NCBI GenBank assembly: GCA_951406725.2
Contig: OX597833.1
Coordinates: 34,224,001 to 34,288,000, forward strand
DNA: 64,000 nt
Direction: 5' to 3'
From: Octopus vulgaris
Taxonomy: Eukaryota
Of the stretch, positions 35,131-48,353 are shown piece by piece (within the stretch, counting starts at the first letter, position 1; every line of letters begins with the position of its first letter). The position numbers and the translations under genes are program-made. Below the pieces are notes generated by a model. The model saw nothing but the letters and a program-made list of their open reading frames with translations, searched no databases and had not been told where the DNA came from.

Positions 35131-36479
35131 GACATGGGGTGGGCAGCTTTTCTTTAAACACGTTATTTTGAAGACGAGTCCGTTCTAGTTTAATCTATAA
35201 TTAATAAGTGATATTTCATATTTCTGTATTTTTTGAAGTCTCTTCTATTTAGTTTGGAACAATAACGAATCGTCTAATTTGATAAGGCAAACTTAGTCTC
35301 AGGATAATTCGAACTTACGACGGATAGGGACTACATGAAGTAACTGAGTTGCTTTTGGTTGGTCGCTCTGCCTCAGCCATCTCCGTTATTGCTTTTTATA
35401 CAATGGTTAGTGGTAATAAATATAGCACTAACTAGTAGTAATAGTGATGGTTATTTGTATTTGAGGTTTTTAGAAGTGAATACGAGTTGTGTTGTTCGAA
35501 CATACTCCGTTATTTGTTTATTTACTTTTATTGCTTATTTTTTTCGTAGTCGTTTTTCTTTATGTCAACTTAAGGCCTTAGAGTTAGTGTTGAGGCGGAA
35601 ATATAAAACTATTGAAGATTGGCAAAATGAAACGGAGAAACTAGTCAAGCTTCTGCTTACATACACTACACCCACACCTCTCATATATCTCCATCTTTCA
35701 GTCTCTCTCTCTCTATCTAGATAGATAGAGAGATAGATAGATAGGCAGATAGTTGAAAGCAGTTTGAACTCCAGCCTCTCCTGTTGTCAGCGTGGTTCCT
35801 GGTGTCCACTTGCAATCCGAAATATTTGTGTTAGTGTGTGTTTGTCTCCGTCATTCTTTTATTTGGTCAAATAAAGCGGCTTATTCACGCCGTAAAATAT
35901 CAAAGGGTGGATCAATCTCCTTTCTATGGAGACTTTACGCATACACTCACCTGTATTTGCTTGCATGGATATTTGCTTATAAATCTGCTGATTTGTTACT
36001 TATTTCAGAATTATTAATAATTCGTTAATATAAGGAAAGAAGTTTTTCTCTTCTTACACATACTGTACCTTGTTTTTAGTATTGTTATGACATCTACACA
36101 CACATACAAACACACGTCTCCCTCCGATCAAATAAGTTATAAGATTACCAGTCACACAAAGTTATCCCAAAGCCCGAAAGTAGTTAAGTGCCAACAATAA
36201 AAATGAGACTACTTGATTTTGGGAGTGTTTGTTCAACATCATAATTTTCCCCGCTTCTCTATACCTCTCCTAACAAATGAGCGGAAATGAAACGTATTCA
36301 TTTTTCTTTCTTTTGAATAATACCAATTTATTACGAACACACTCGCTCACTCTTCCCACACACTCACTCATTCACTCACATATTCGCAGGCGCAAACACA
36401 TAACCTGTCTCAAGCTTAAAAGCTCAATTGGCTGGAGCATATTCAAAATCTGAAACAGATAAGGATCTGGGAATATATA

Positions 36480-37050
36480 TCATCATCATCTGTCTATTTT
36501 TCCATGCTTACATGGATTAAACATGTTTTATTTAGCGCAATGTCTCATCACACTTTGGCAGTCCTTTGTCATTGCATTCCTGTTGTTTAGCCTCAAGAGA
36601 TCTGCTTCCATTATCTCGTCCCATATTTTCTTTGATCTTCCTCTGCTACTGGTTCCTTCCGCTTGAATTGCTTGGCACTTCTTTACCGAACCTATAATAC
36701 TGTATATGCATCACATGTCCGTATCATCTTAAACTTTCATCTGCCACATTACATCTGATTTCTCTTGCACCTACCTTTTATTTAAACTTGTTTCTGCCCC
36801 ATTGTTTACATATAGCATTACACATCAAGCAGAGCATACCCACTCAAATTCAGTGGCCCATTTTTCACTACTATGCAATCTGCCCTTCATTTTTGGAGTG
36901 TTAATAACATCCTGAATGTTTACTACCCCATTCTTATTCTGTTTGTGTTTTTAGAATATTCTTTCCAGTATTAATTAGGACACCTAGGTATTAGAAGTGA
37001 TCAACTAATTATACACAGCCCTCCAAACATTTGGAAGCATTTAATTTGAG
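36480..37050 (-). mobile_element. Old RTE LINE 3' end
   Basis: Minus strand LR*YGHVMH...VKKCQAIQAEGTSSRGRSKKIWDE and a (GAT)n tail. Confidence 0.7.
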
Positions 37051-37545
37051 TTTATGAGCTCTTATAATTACTCCAAGATATCTGCAATATATGAAGTCTT
37101 CATTGTCAGCCTGCTTGTGATCTCAGTGCATTCTTTTTGCTAACAATATACATTAAATAGACCACATGTCATTAGTACCAACTCTTTTTCTGTACTTTGG
37201 GCATAACCACTTGCTAGATTGTGGAAAAACCATGTCTTTCTTCTATATTATTATTTTATGGTTGTTTTTCCATGTAGGCATGAGTTGAGCTGATTATCAT
37301 GGTCTGTGTCATTTTGCACACTCAGCAACAGGGAAAACTGACCCAATTTGGTATTGTGCATGTCTTTACACATATATGGTATATACCATTATTGTGCTAT
37401 CAGAATAGGCGAGGTTGTCTTATGCCAGAAGAACTAAAGAGTTTTCTCTATTATCTCTTATTGATTGGTAGCTTAAGATGCAGGTTGCAGTGTCTATATC
37501 TCATATTTATATCAGTGTATGTATATATGAGTGTGTGTCTGTCTG

Positions 37546-38262
37546 TGTGCAATGGGTAAATTGTTGCCATTTCATATTTTTAATTTTATGCATGTGCATT
37601 GTTTGTTTTGGATTTTGTTGACTACACAGGATAGTAGGGTCAGTTGGGCACCGTCTGTGAGAAACAATACCATCACACAATTCACTCTGCCAGAAATTTG
37701 GAAATGACATGCTGTACCGCTTGGCATTTATAGCAGAAGCTCCAGTATAAACATTTCAGAGTGTTTGGGTGTCAATCCAAGGACAGTGCAATCTGAGGAC
37801 ATGTACCGAGATTGATGAAAATCAAACATCTAGTCAGCATCACGGTGTTTGGAGTGATCATTAGTGATGGTGACGTTATGTCTCCAGTCATCTTCCCACA
37901 CGACCTCAGACTTGACATGGAGGCCTACATCAAGTGCCTGGAGGAGGTAGTGCTGCCCTGGGTCAAAAGGGTGGCTGCTGGAAGACCCTATGTCTGGTAA
38001 TAGGACACTGCACCATGCCACACAAGCAGGAGAACCCAGTCATGGCTGTCAGACAATTTCTGAAACCACATCACCCCTAACATCTGGCCACCTAGCTCCC
38101 CACACTGCCAACCCCCTTGATTATGTGTGGGGCGCAGTTGAATGGGAGACCAACAAAACTCTTTGTAACACCAAAGTTGAACTGAAGGTAAGGATTATGG
38201 CAGCAATCTCCAACTTAAACAGAAGGGCTGCAGGTAATCCAAATTGGTGAAATTTCAACTGA
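37546..38262 (+). mobile_element. Internally deleted maT (DD37D) transposon
   Basis: VFGVIISDG...YIKCLEEVVLPW...YVW*xDTAPCHTS...WPPSSP..NPLDYVW, with about 37 residues between the last two Asp residues. Confidence 0.85.
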
Positions 38263-38984
38263 ATATCTGAAAAAGTTTTATATAAGGTTAAATCCTATAT
38301 AAGGTTTAATATAATAAATAAATAGGTATTTATTTGTAATTTTTATTCTTTAGTTATCCAGCAAAGTCATAAGTAATTGTATATATTATTGATTATAATA
38401 ATTTTTCAATTATTATAAGGTTAATTCCTATAAAATGTTTTAATATATTAAATAAATATGTAATTTAATCATTGCAACATAAAGTATCTAAGTTTCTATT
38501 AAGCATAACATAGAAATATTATCTGTAGTTTTTATTCTTTAGTTACTCAGTGACATCATCAATAATTGTATGTATAAAAATACTCATTTTTTAGGTTATT
38601 TTTTAGATTATGTTCCTATGTAGATTTCAAATTGTTCAAAAATATAGAATTAGTATGGTATTTTTATCTTTCATTTGGATTTCATCATTTGTGACTTCAC
38701 TGAAGTCTCCAATAATTGAATGTATTTTCTTAAATACATTTTATTTTTATTTCTGGTTTTATTATTATTATTATTATAAAGTAAATTAAATGACGTTGAT
38801 ATTGGTTGAATGAATGTCTTAGGTTGAATTTGATAAGGGCGTTTCTTTTTGTTAGCACTTATTAACTGCTAAAATTTTTTCTGATGTTCAGTTGGAATTT
38901 CACCAATTTGGATTACTTTGATAATGTGTTGACATATATTTTCGAAGATATCATTATTAATTTTAATAATATTGATATATATAT

Positions 38985-41900
38985 CATCATCATCATTATT
39001 TAATGTCTGTTGTTTATGCTGGCATGGGTTGGACAGTTTGACCAGGTTGGCACACTGGAAGGCTACACTAGACTCCAGTGTGATTTCGCATGATTTTCTA
39101 TGGCTGTATGCCCTTCCTAATGCCATCCACTCCAAGAGTGTAATGGGTGCTTTTATGTTCCACTGGCGTGGGTGTCATATACATGACAGTGGGGTGCTTT
39201 TATGTACCACCAGCACAGGTGCCACTTTGCATATCACCAGTATCTGCCACAACTGTGATTTTGCTTGGCTTGATGGGTCTTCTTCTCAATGCCAAAGGTC
39301 TTGGTCATTGCCTCCGTGAGGCCTAATACTTGAAAGGAACTCAGCCACTTTGCCTATGTGTAGCCTAATGCTCGGAAGGTGTTTTTGCATGCCACCAGCT
39401 CAGATGCGCTTAGCTTGATGGGTCTTCTCAAGTACAACACCTCGCTAAAGGTCTTGGTCACTAGTCATTGCCTCTGTGAGGCGCAAAGTTTGAAGATCAT
39501 GCTTCACCATGTCTTCCTGAGTCTACGTCTACCACAGGTTCCTTCCACAGTTAGAGAGTGGAACTTCTTTACACAACTGTCCTCATTCATATGCATCACA
39601 TAAGACCATACCAGCACAGCCGTCTCTCTTGCACACCACATCTGATGTCTCTTATGCCTAACTTTTCTCTCAAGATGCTTACATTCTGATGTACATGCAT
39701 ACTGACATTGCACATCCAGCAAAGCATATCGGCTTCATTTCTTTCAAGCCTACACATGCCCTCAACTGTCACGGCCCATGTTCCACTGCCATGCAGCATA
39801 GCTGTTCGTACACAGGCATCAAACAATCTGACTTACACTCTAAGAGTGCTTTTTGTGGCCAGCTGGGGTAGGAGCTTTCTGAACTTTGCCCAACCTAATC
39901 TTATTTTCACAGATACGCATTCAGAGCATCCGCCTCCGCAACTTACTTGGTCACCTAGATAATGGAAGCTATCTGCTACTTCTAGCTTCTCCCCCCCCCG
40001 CCACCCTGCCATTTGATGGAGTCTATTTTCTGTACATTTTCAGTGTTTATTGCACCTGTGCATCTTCCACATGCAAAAGCTATTTTCCCTGTTAACCTTT
40101 CTCTGATATTGCTGCACCTTTTATGTGCACAAAGCCCACACTAGGTGCATCTTATGGAATTTCTACCTACACCTTTTCTACAGATTGAGCAGAGCCATCT
40201 ACTTGAAGGGATTTGTGATTTGTCTGCCTTCTTACTTATTATGACTTTGGTTTTTGCTAGGTTAACTCTAAGGCCCTTTGATTCTAGACCTTGCTTCCAT
40301 ACCTGAAGCGTCTCTGGTTCAGGTAGTGATTCAGCAATAAGAGCAAGGTCATCAGTATACAGGAGCTCCTAAGGGCAGCCGGTCTTGAGTTCCTTTGTTA
40401 TTACCTGGAGATCTATAATGAACAAGAGGGGGCTGAACACCAATTCTTGGTGAACTCCTACTTGTACCCAGAATTTTTTACTATACTCGTTGCCAACCCT
40501 CACCTTACTGGTAGCATCCCTGTACATAGCTTGTACAGCTCACACCAATCATTCGTCTATCCCTAGTTTCCACATTGACCACCAGATAACGGATTGGGGG
40601 ACCCTGTCAAATGCTTTCTCCAAATCAACAAAGGCCATGTACAGAGGTTTGTCTTTGGCTATGTATTTCTCCTGCAGCTGCCTTACCAGAAATGTAGCAT
40701 CAGTGGTGCTTCTCCCTGGCACAAAATCAAACTGCTTCTCATCTAAGCTAACTCTCTCCCTAATTAGTTGGGTTATGACCCTCTCCGTGACTTTCATAAC
40801 CTGATACAGCAATTTGATACCTCTGTAATTATTTCAATCTAATGCATCACCTTTACCTTTGTAGCAGTTGACTATGGCATTCTACACCAGTCATTGGGTA
40901 TGACTCATTTGTGAACCACCTGATTTACAATATGGGTGACTAGAACATAACCCACACTACCAGGTATTTTAAGTATCTCAGCAGTGATTCCTGATGGGCT
41001 GGGGGGCTTTTCCTGTCTTCATATCCTTAATTGTTTTATCTACCAAGGAACTGTTGATTCGGGTAGCCGGTCCTTCAATTGTGTCAACATGTGACAGACT
41101 TTCCTCCTCCTACTCATTCTCTACATTCAGCAGTCTTTTTTATAATGGCATTTCCAAGCCTCTTTCTTTGCAGAATCATTACATGCAAGTGCACCATCAT
41201 CTGTATGGACACATTTCTCTGCTATGACATCATGATTTTCTCTCACACACTATCTTGCAATCTGAAACACTTCAGTTCTTTGGTCCTCACATTGCTGAAT
41301 ATAGGCAAACTTCTTTTCTGCTTCTCCCTTGGCGAGATAGAGGTGTCTCCTAGCATCCCTTCTGGCAATCTGATACAGTTCCCTGCTATTCCCATTCTTC
41401 CAGGCCTGTTTCTTAGCTCTAATGTCCCTGTCTACTGCATCATTCCATCACCATGTTACCCTAAGTCTGGTTGGGACTTTGCACCAGCCATATATTTGAT
41501 CTGTGGCACTCAGCAAGCTGTCCCTCAGGAATTCCCAGTTACCCTCTGTGTCTCTAGCTCCTCCTCCCTTTCATCGAATTTCTCAATTAGAATGTACCTA
41601 AATCTCTGACCATATGAAGGGTCCTTAATCTTCCAAATCCTTCTTTTCCGGATTGGTTTACTTCTTGGCATCCTTCTGGCTTGGAGTCTAAAGTCAGTAT
41701 GACTAGTCTATGCTGGGGAGTACATTCTTCACCAGGAAGTGTGCTGCATTTAGGAGCAACCATGCATCCTGCTGTCTGGTGAGAATATAATTGATCTGGC
41801 TAGCACAGGCACCTGATTTATAGGTTATCTGGTGGCTGGCTGGCTTCCTAAAGTTCATGTTGCAGATCAAAGGGATAATTGTATAACAGAACTCTAGTAG

Positions 41901-42430
41901 CCTTGTGCCCTCTTCATTTCAGGAGCCAAATCTTTGGCCTCCATGCACACCATAGAAAACATACTCATTGAAATCCCTAACCACGAAGACGAGGTTATTG
42001 TCACTTGTCTTTGAGGTAACCTGCAGAAGAATATTATAATAGTGTTCCTTCAATTCATTTGGTAGGCAGAGATAATTGTCACTATACTGTTCTGTAAGAC
42101 TAGCCTAAGCTTAAGCACTCTATTGCCCAATCTGACTACCTCTATAACTTTATCTTCCCATTTCTCTGCAAGAAGTATGCCCATGACACCTCCCCTGTCA
42201 CTGTTACCTTCCCAGAAGATTTTATACCTATGTGTCTTGCCTGTGAGGAACCTGACTGAAGCGCCTCTCCACCTACCTCTTGAATGCAACCTACATCTTC
42301 ACGCCTCCGTTCAAGCATCTCAACAATCTTGTTAGGCCTACCTTTCAATGTGCCTACATTGATAGTGCCAACTCTGAAAACTGGGAAAGAGACGGGGGAG
42401 GTGTGATATCATTCAGTACCTGAAAAAAAG
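38985..42430 (-). mobile_element. Near full-length decayed RTE-type LINE (APE + RT) with a long Meta-domain-containing 3'UTR
   Basis: RVGTINVGTLKG (APE), QFDFVPGRSTTDATFLVRQLQEK, LYMAFVDLEKAFD, LLYTDDLALIA, RRLCWYG and a (GAT)n tail. Related fragments at 49430-49860 (-) and 53460-54068 (+). Confidence 0.93.
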
Positions 42431-42729
42431 GTTTCCATGATTGATATATAAATAAATAAATGTATATATGTGTGTGTGTATATGTATATGTTAATGCAAT
42501 TGGAACAATTGTTGGATTTTTAAGATATGACTTTCTTTGTACATATTATTTGTTATATATATTTATGTAAATATGTATGCTCATATATATATATATATAT
42601 ATATTTGGGGCATACAATGAATGTGCCAAGACATGAATGCTGAAATCTTGAGGAGAATAAGAGCAAGATGGGAAGTGTTTACCTCAGTAAAGAATGTGTG
42701 CAATGCAAAACTGGACAAGACTTTTTGGG

Positions 42730-43212
42730 GATGAAAAATTCAATATGTTTATTGACTACCTTCAAAAGGGCCACACCATTAATGGAGAGTATTATGCCAA
42801 CTTGTTGAGGCAGTTATAAAAGGCTATCAAGACCAGATGCTCAGGAAAACTGACAAAAGGGGTCTTGTTTCATCAGGATAATGCTCCAGCACACAAGTTT
42901 CAATGGCAACTGTGCATGACTTGCTTTAAACTGGTTGATCATTCTCCTTATTCTCCTGATTTGACCCCATTTGACTATCACATGAAAAGCCACTTGGCTG
43001 GGAATCAGTATTACAGTGATGATGACATCATATCTGCTGTTGACTTTTTTGACCAACAGGATGAAAGCTTCACCAATGGGATTCAAGCACTGCAACACAG
43101 GTGGAAGGGGTGTATGGACCACAAGGCAAACTATGTTGAAACATCAACCTTGTTTAGTCATATTCCATGAGAGTATTTTGGTCAACCTATGAAATTTTTA
43201 ACCAGCCCTCAT
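42730..43212 (+). mobile_element. Mariner transposase C-terminal half with right end
   Basis: FHQDNAPAH, HSPYSPDLTPFDY, GIQALQHRWKGC. Confidence 0.88.
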
Positions 43213-44231
43213 ATATGTGTGTGTGTGTATGTTTATGTCTCCTTGTCTTGATATTGCATGATAGCTATAAATGATTGTCACTGTCATACAAGCTGTGCCA
43301 TTCCTCATATACTTTGAGAACATGTCTGACCATGGGGGAAATATTACCTTGCTTGGAAGCCATGAGGGTTGGCGACAGGTAGGGCATTTGACCATAGAAA
43401 ATTTGCCTCAATAAACTCTGTCTAACCCATGGGAAAGTGGGCATTAAATGATGATGATGACATATATTTATATATCGAAATGAACAAATGATATAAAGTA
43501 GCCCTCAACACATTTGGTAGGAGTTATGTGTATTTTTAATAACAGTTTGACTCATTTCCACTTGACTTAAAGTTTCATCAGTGTCTAGGACATGTCCATT
43601 AGCAGATGCCAAGAGCAAAGTGAGAAGTTTGAGAAAAATTCAAGATGGCTTGTAGCTGTTTGATATCTAATAGTCAGCTCATGTCATGTTGTATTAATGC
43701 TTTTAAAGTAATCCCAGCTATTTTCTTTATTTTTAGTCCCTCGTGTTTTGACAGGATGTTGGCAGGCTGCAGCATAGTGTTTTCAACAACATCAGTTCTT
43801 TTTATTGGGTTCTATTGGAAGGGTGGGATGTTGGTATGAATCAGTCACTCAGTGATGGTTCAGTGGAGTATGAACACATTGTTCTTGTGCATTACAGTTC
43901 TGATAGTCCACTCTGATGTCTGAAGTTCTTTTGCAATGTCCCTCATTGATTTTCTAGGATCATAATTGATAGTGTTTTGAACCCACTGGATAATTTGCTG
44001 CATCGTTACAGTTTTAAACTTTTAGAATGTTTTTTTCGCTATGATACAATTGAAACATTTCTGACTGGAGTTTCCAATTTCATCTGAATTTTATGCATAA
44101 AAGAACTTGCAACATTTAGAAAGTAGCAATATCTAGCTACTAGCATCTGATGAAATGGACATGTCCTATCTATGCATCCACAAAACTTTATGTCATGTGA
44201 AGCTGAGGCAAACTTATTAAAAGTGTGTGTA

Positions 44232-46701
44232 TTAGGTTGTTCAGAAAGTTCTGCACTTTTTTTAATATGGGGAAAGGATGTAAATAATTGACCTTTCAAT
44301 AAATTTCATTCAATGAAATAATTTCCATTATTATGAATGTCCTTTGTCCAGCTATCAGACAATTTAAATATTCCATCAGCATAAAATTTTACTGGTTTTG
44401 AAGAAAAAAAGTTATCTAGATGCATTTTGACTCCATCTAAATCTTTAAGTGTTTTTCCTTGCAATGAATTCTGTAGAGACAAAAACAAGTGATAGTTGGA
44501 TGGTGCAATATCAAAAGATCCCAGCCAAGTTCATGTAACTTTGTTCAGGTAACCAAAGACACATGGCTGGGCATTGTCTTGTTGGAACACTACTCCTTTC
44601 CTGTTGGCAATCCCTGGCCTCAATTCTTTGGTTGTTTTGGCTCAACTGTCTGGTTTTGTGGGAGAAGTTCATAATAAATAATGCCTTTATGATCCCACCA
44701 AGCACAAAGCATAGCTTTTTTGGTATGGATATTCGTCTTTGGTTACTGTTTTGGGGGGTCCTTATGATCTTTTGTGCACTGTTTTCCTACACAATCCATT
44801 TTTCATCTCCAGTTACAAGTTGTTTAAAAAAAAGTATGCTCTCATTCTGTTTCAAAAGCATATCACGAATGGAATACCAGTCCAAGCAATTTTTTTCTGA
44901 GAGTTTGTAAGGGACTCATACATTATAGTGAGAAATGTATCCTAGTTTCACTAGGTGTTCATGAGCCATACTTTTAGAAACTTCCAATTCCTCTGTAAGT
45001 TCTCGAGACATGGTAGAGTTTTCTTCAGTTTTTGCCATCAAAACATCTTTATCCAATTTTGAAGGTTTTCCACTGCGACTGTCATCTTCCAAGCTAAACT
45101 CTTCCGCTTCAAATTTTTCAAATCACCTTCAAACAGTTGATTCACCTACAGCATCATCACCATAAACTTCACAAATGTTTTTGCAAGTCTTTGCAGTATT
45201 TTCTCCTTTTTTAAAAAAGAAAAGCATTACAATGCAAATATGAACTTTTTGGTTATACATTTCAAATATCAATAAAGGGTAGCCGGAATGAAAGATAAAT
45301 CCATTGGGTCATCTCATAAATCATATGGTTTTTCCAATTGCATGAACTAAAAGTCGGAGGGGGATGGGATAAACTACCTTCATCAACTTGCTATAAAAGC
45401 AGGTAGTAGTTTTACCATGACATTATTCTTAGTGCATGTTTTGAAGAGCGCAGTTTGATTTTAACAGTTATTTTTTCAAAGCTATTACAGAAGTGACAAA
45501 GGAGCATATTCGGCTTATTTTGCTTTATGAGTTCAATAAAGGCAACAATGCAATGGAAAGTGTGAGGAATATTAATGCAGTATATGGCGATTGGACAATA
45601 GGCATAAGCAAGTGTTAACAATGGTTCCAGAAATTCCATGCTGGAAACTACAACCTAGAAGACAAGCTTTGTCCTGGAAGATCTGTAGAGCTCGACAAGG
45701 ATGTCCTGCAAACCTTGGTGGAACAAAAATCCCAATGTAACTGTTGAGGAACTAGCAGAGAAGCTTGGATTTGGTCATTCAACCATTCATCCACGCCTGC
45801 ATGTCATCAGGAAAGTCAGAAAATTGGGTCAATGGGTTCTTCACAAACTTTCCGAGTCTAATTGCATGCAGAGAGTGAATGTGTGCTCTTCTTTACTGTC
45901 ACGTCTCACAAATGAACCTTTTTTGGACTGAGTAGTGACTAGTGACAAGAAATGGATTCTCTATAAAAATGTCAAGTGCTGAAGAGAGTGGGTAGGGAAA
46001 GGAGAAACGCCAACAAATTAGGCTAAAGAAGATCTTCGCTCACGTAAAGTGTTGTTATCTGTTTGGTGGGATATGAAAAGTTTAGTCCACTTTGAACTTT
46101 TAAACCCAAACCAAATGATAACAAAGGAGATCTGCTGCAAGCAGCTTGAGTGGCTTAAGTCAGCACTAGAAGAAAAATGACCATCTTTGGTTTTAAGACA
46201 AAAGGTGTTCTTCCATCAGGATAATGCTTGGCCATTTGAAAGGATGGGAACTGATGTGCTGCCCATCATATTCGCCAGCCATTACCCCATCTGATTATCA
46301 TTTATTTCGCAGTCTTCAAAATCATTTGGATAGCAAAAATACGAATTCTGTAGATGAGGTCAGAACAGTGCTGGAGGAGTGTTTTACATCACGGACAAAT
46401 GAATTTCCAAAGAGGGGCCTTGCAAGTCTACCAGATAGATGGTAGAGCACTGTAGAAAATGAAGAAGAGTATATTTTAAATTAATAAAGAACTTTGTTTA
46501 TCTTAATTTTGAAAAATAAAAGAAGTATAAAAAAACCGCATTATTTATGGGATGACCTAATATTTTTAGTCAGGAACAAAGAAGGGATGCACTACCACTT
46601 CAAGCAATGCCAAAATTTTAACTGTGTTACATTTCCAGTGTATTTAATGAAGCGTGAAAGGATTTTGCATAACAACGCTCAGAACTTTCTAGACAACCTA
46701 A
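44232..46701 (-). mobile_element. Decayed mariner (outer element) interrupted by a second mariner
   Basis: TIRs TTAGGTTGTTCAGAAAGTTCTG / CAGAACTTTCTAGACAACCTAA with TA on both sides. Minus-strand LVTGDEKWIVY and LFLSLQNSLQGK. Confidence 0.9.
45304..46560 (+). mobile_element. Mariner (inner element), same family as 26853-28062
   Basis: TIRs TTGGGTCATCTCATAAAT / ATTTATGGGATGACCTAA. Motifs KLGQWVLHKL and YSPAITPSDYHLFRSLQN. Confidence 0.92.
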
Positions 46702-46721
46702 TATATATATATATATATATA

Positions 46722-47125
46722 TAGGACATGGCTTTGTGATAAGATGTTTGCTTCCCAACCACATGATTTTTGGTTCTGTCCCACTGTGTTGCACCTTGCT
46801 CAAGTATCTTCTAGCCAAAGCTTTGAGAATGGGTTTGGTAAACTTGAAAATAGCTCATCATGTTTGTGTATATATGTATATTACATGTGTGTGTACAGGT
46901 GTATGTATGTAGGTGTGTTTGTCATACTGTCTCTGTCCCTTGATATTGTATGATAGTTGTAAGTGGGTGTCACCATCATGCAAATAATGTCTTTCGTCTA
47001 CAAATTTCTATATCATGTCTGGTCTTGGGGAAATATTAACTTACTTGGCATCTGGCCAAGAAAATCCTCTTCAACAAACTCCATCTCACCCATGTAAATA
47101 TAGACATTAAAATGATAAAGATGAT
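46722..47125 (+). mobile_element. Decayed tRNA-derived SINE with (GAT)-type tail
   Basis: Head similar to 54137 (ATGGCTTTGTGATAAG...CAACCACATG...GTCCCACTG). 3' part similar to 43230-43460. Confidence 0.65.
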
Positions 47126-47189
47126 ATATATATATATATCATCTTTATCATTTTAATGTCTATATATATATATATTACACACATATACA

Positions 47190-48353
47190 CCGAATGTATT
47201 TTAATAATGAGGACTAATAAGCTCTCTTATAAGATTATTTAATGAATCTGCAATCGGCTTTGATCACTGCTTCAATGCAAGATTAGAATCTTTGACATGC
47301 TTGCACTAACTGGTCCATATTCATTTCAGATATCACTTGAACAATGATAGCCTTTAGTGAAGCTATAGTATTGTGAGGATGTTGATTAGTCTCCTTTTCA
47401 AGAACGCTCCAAACGTAATAGTCTGTGAGATTTAAATCTGGCAAGTTCAGAGGCCACAAGTTTGATGTGACATTGTCCGACACTCATTCTTGGGTTATAT
47501 GGATGTTGTAAGAAGATGCTGAGTCTTGTTGAAGCATTACATACTTCATCCATTGAGGGCTTAGCAACTATCTCCAGCACTTCAATGTATCCAGCAGTAT
47601 AAATTCTAAGACCCTGTGGAGAGATGTGAGGTGGCGTAACATGGCCTTTTGCTACTCACTATTCCTAAAACCATCATAGCTGCTGGAAACCTATGATATA
47701 TCACTCTGGGGACATCTGATGGATCTGCACATAAAATCTGTAATTTCTCCTGTCAGACTTTTGGTCTTGGTTAAAGTTTTTCTCATGAGAAAAGAATCAA
47801 AGCCTGCCATGTTCGTGAGGATTTTTAACCTTGTTAAGTAACCACTTGACACTGATCAAGCAGCTTTCCTGTGTCTTCGCAGACATGAGCTAGCCTCTCC
47901 TCGAACATATCACTTGTATCAAATGTTCTCATGTACTATTTCTGGAAGGCTATTCTGACAGCTGGAGTTCTTTCGTGATGTCCCCCTCCCCTTGATTTTC
48001 TGGGATCATCATTTTTAATATTTTGAACCTGTTGGATGATTTGCAGTGTCCTTAGAATGTCCAAATATTTAGAATGTTTTTTCTCTTTGATTCTGTTTGA
48101 TACAGTTGACATATTCCTACCAGAGGCTTCCAATTCCATTTGAATTTTATGCACAAAAAATCTTGCAACATTTAGAATGTTGACGGTTTCTAAATCACTG
48201 AGTTCTGCACATATGGTAACAATGACTGCATGTCTTTTCATTTTTTGTGTCAGCATTTTGTTTTTCAAAGGAGATCTGAAATAAATAAAAACCTTTTAAT
48301 TGGTTCAAAAGAGTAATTTAATGAAAATAGTCCTCAAATACCTTTGCACCCTG
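47190..48353 (-). mobile_element. Decayed maT (DD37D)-like transposon
   Basis: LWPLNLPDLNLTDYYVWSVLEKETN, an N-terminal HTH-like ORF (47936-48268) and a CAGGGTGCAAAGG terminus. A related fragment lies at ~43850-44160. Confidence 0.8.

Noticed and set aside
35359-35724. 121 aa hydrophobic ORF
   Set aside because: Non-ATG start, AT-driven composition, ends in a microsatellite, and has no recognisable motif.
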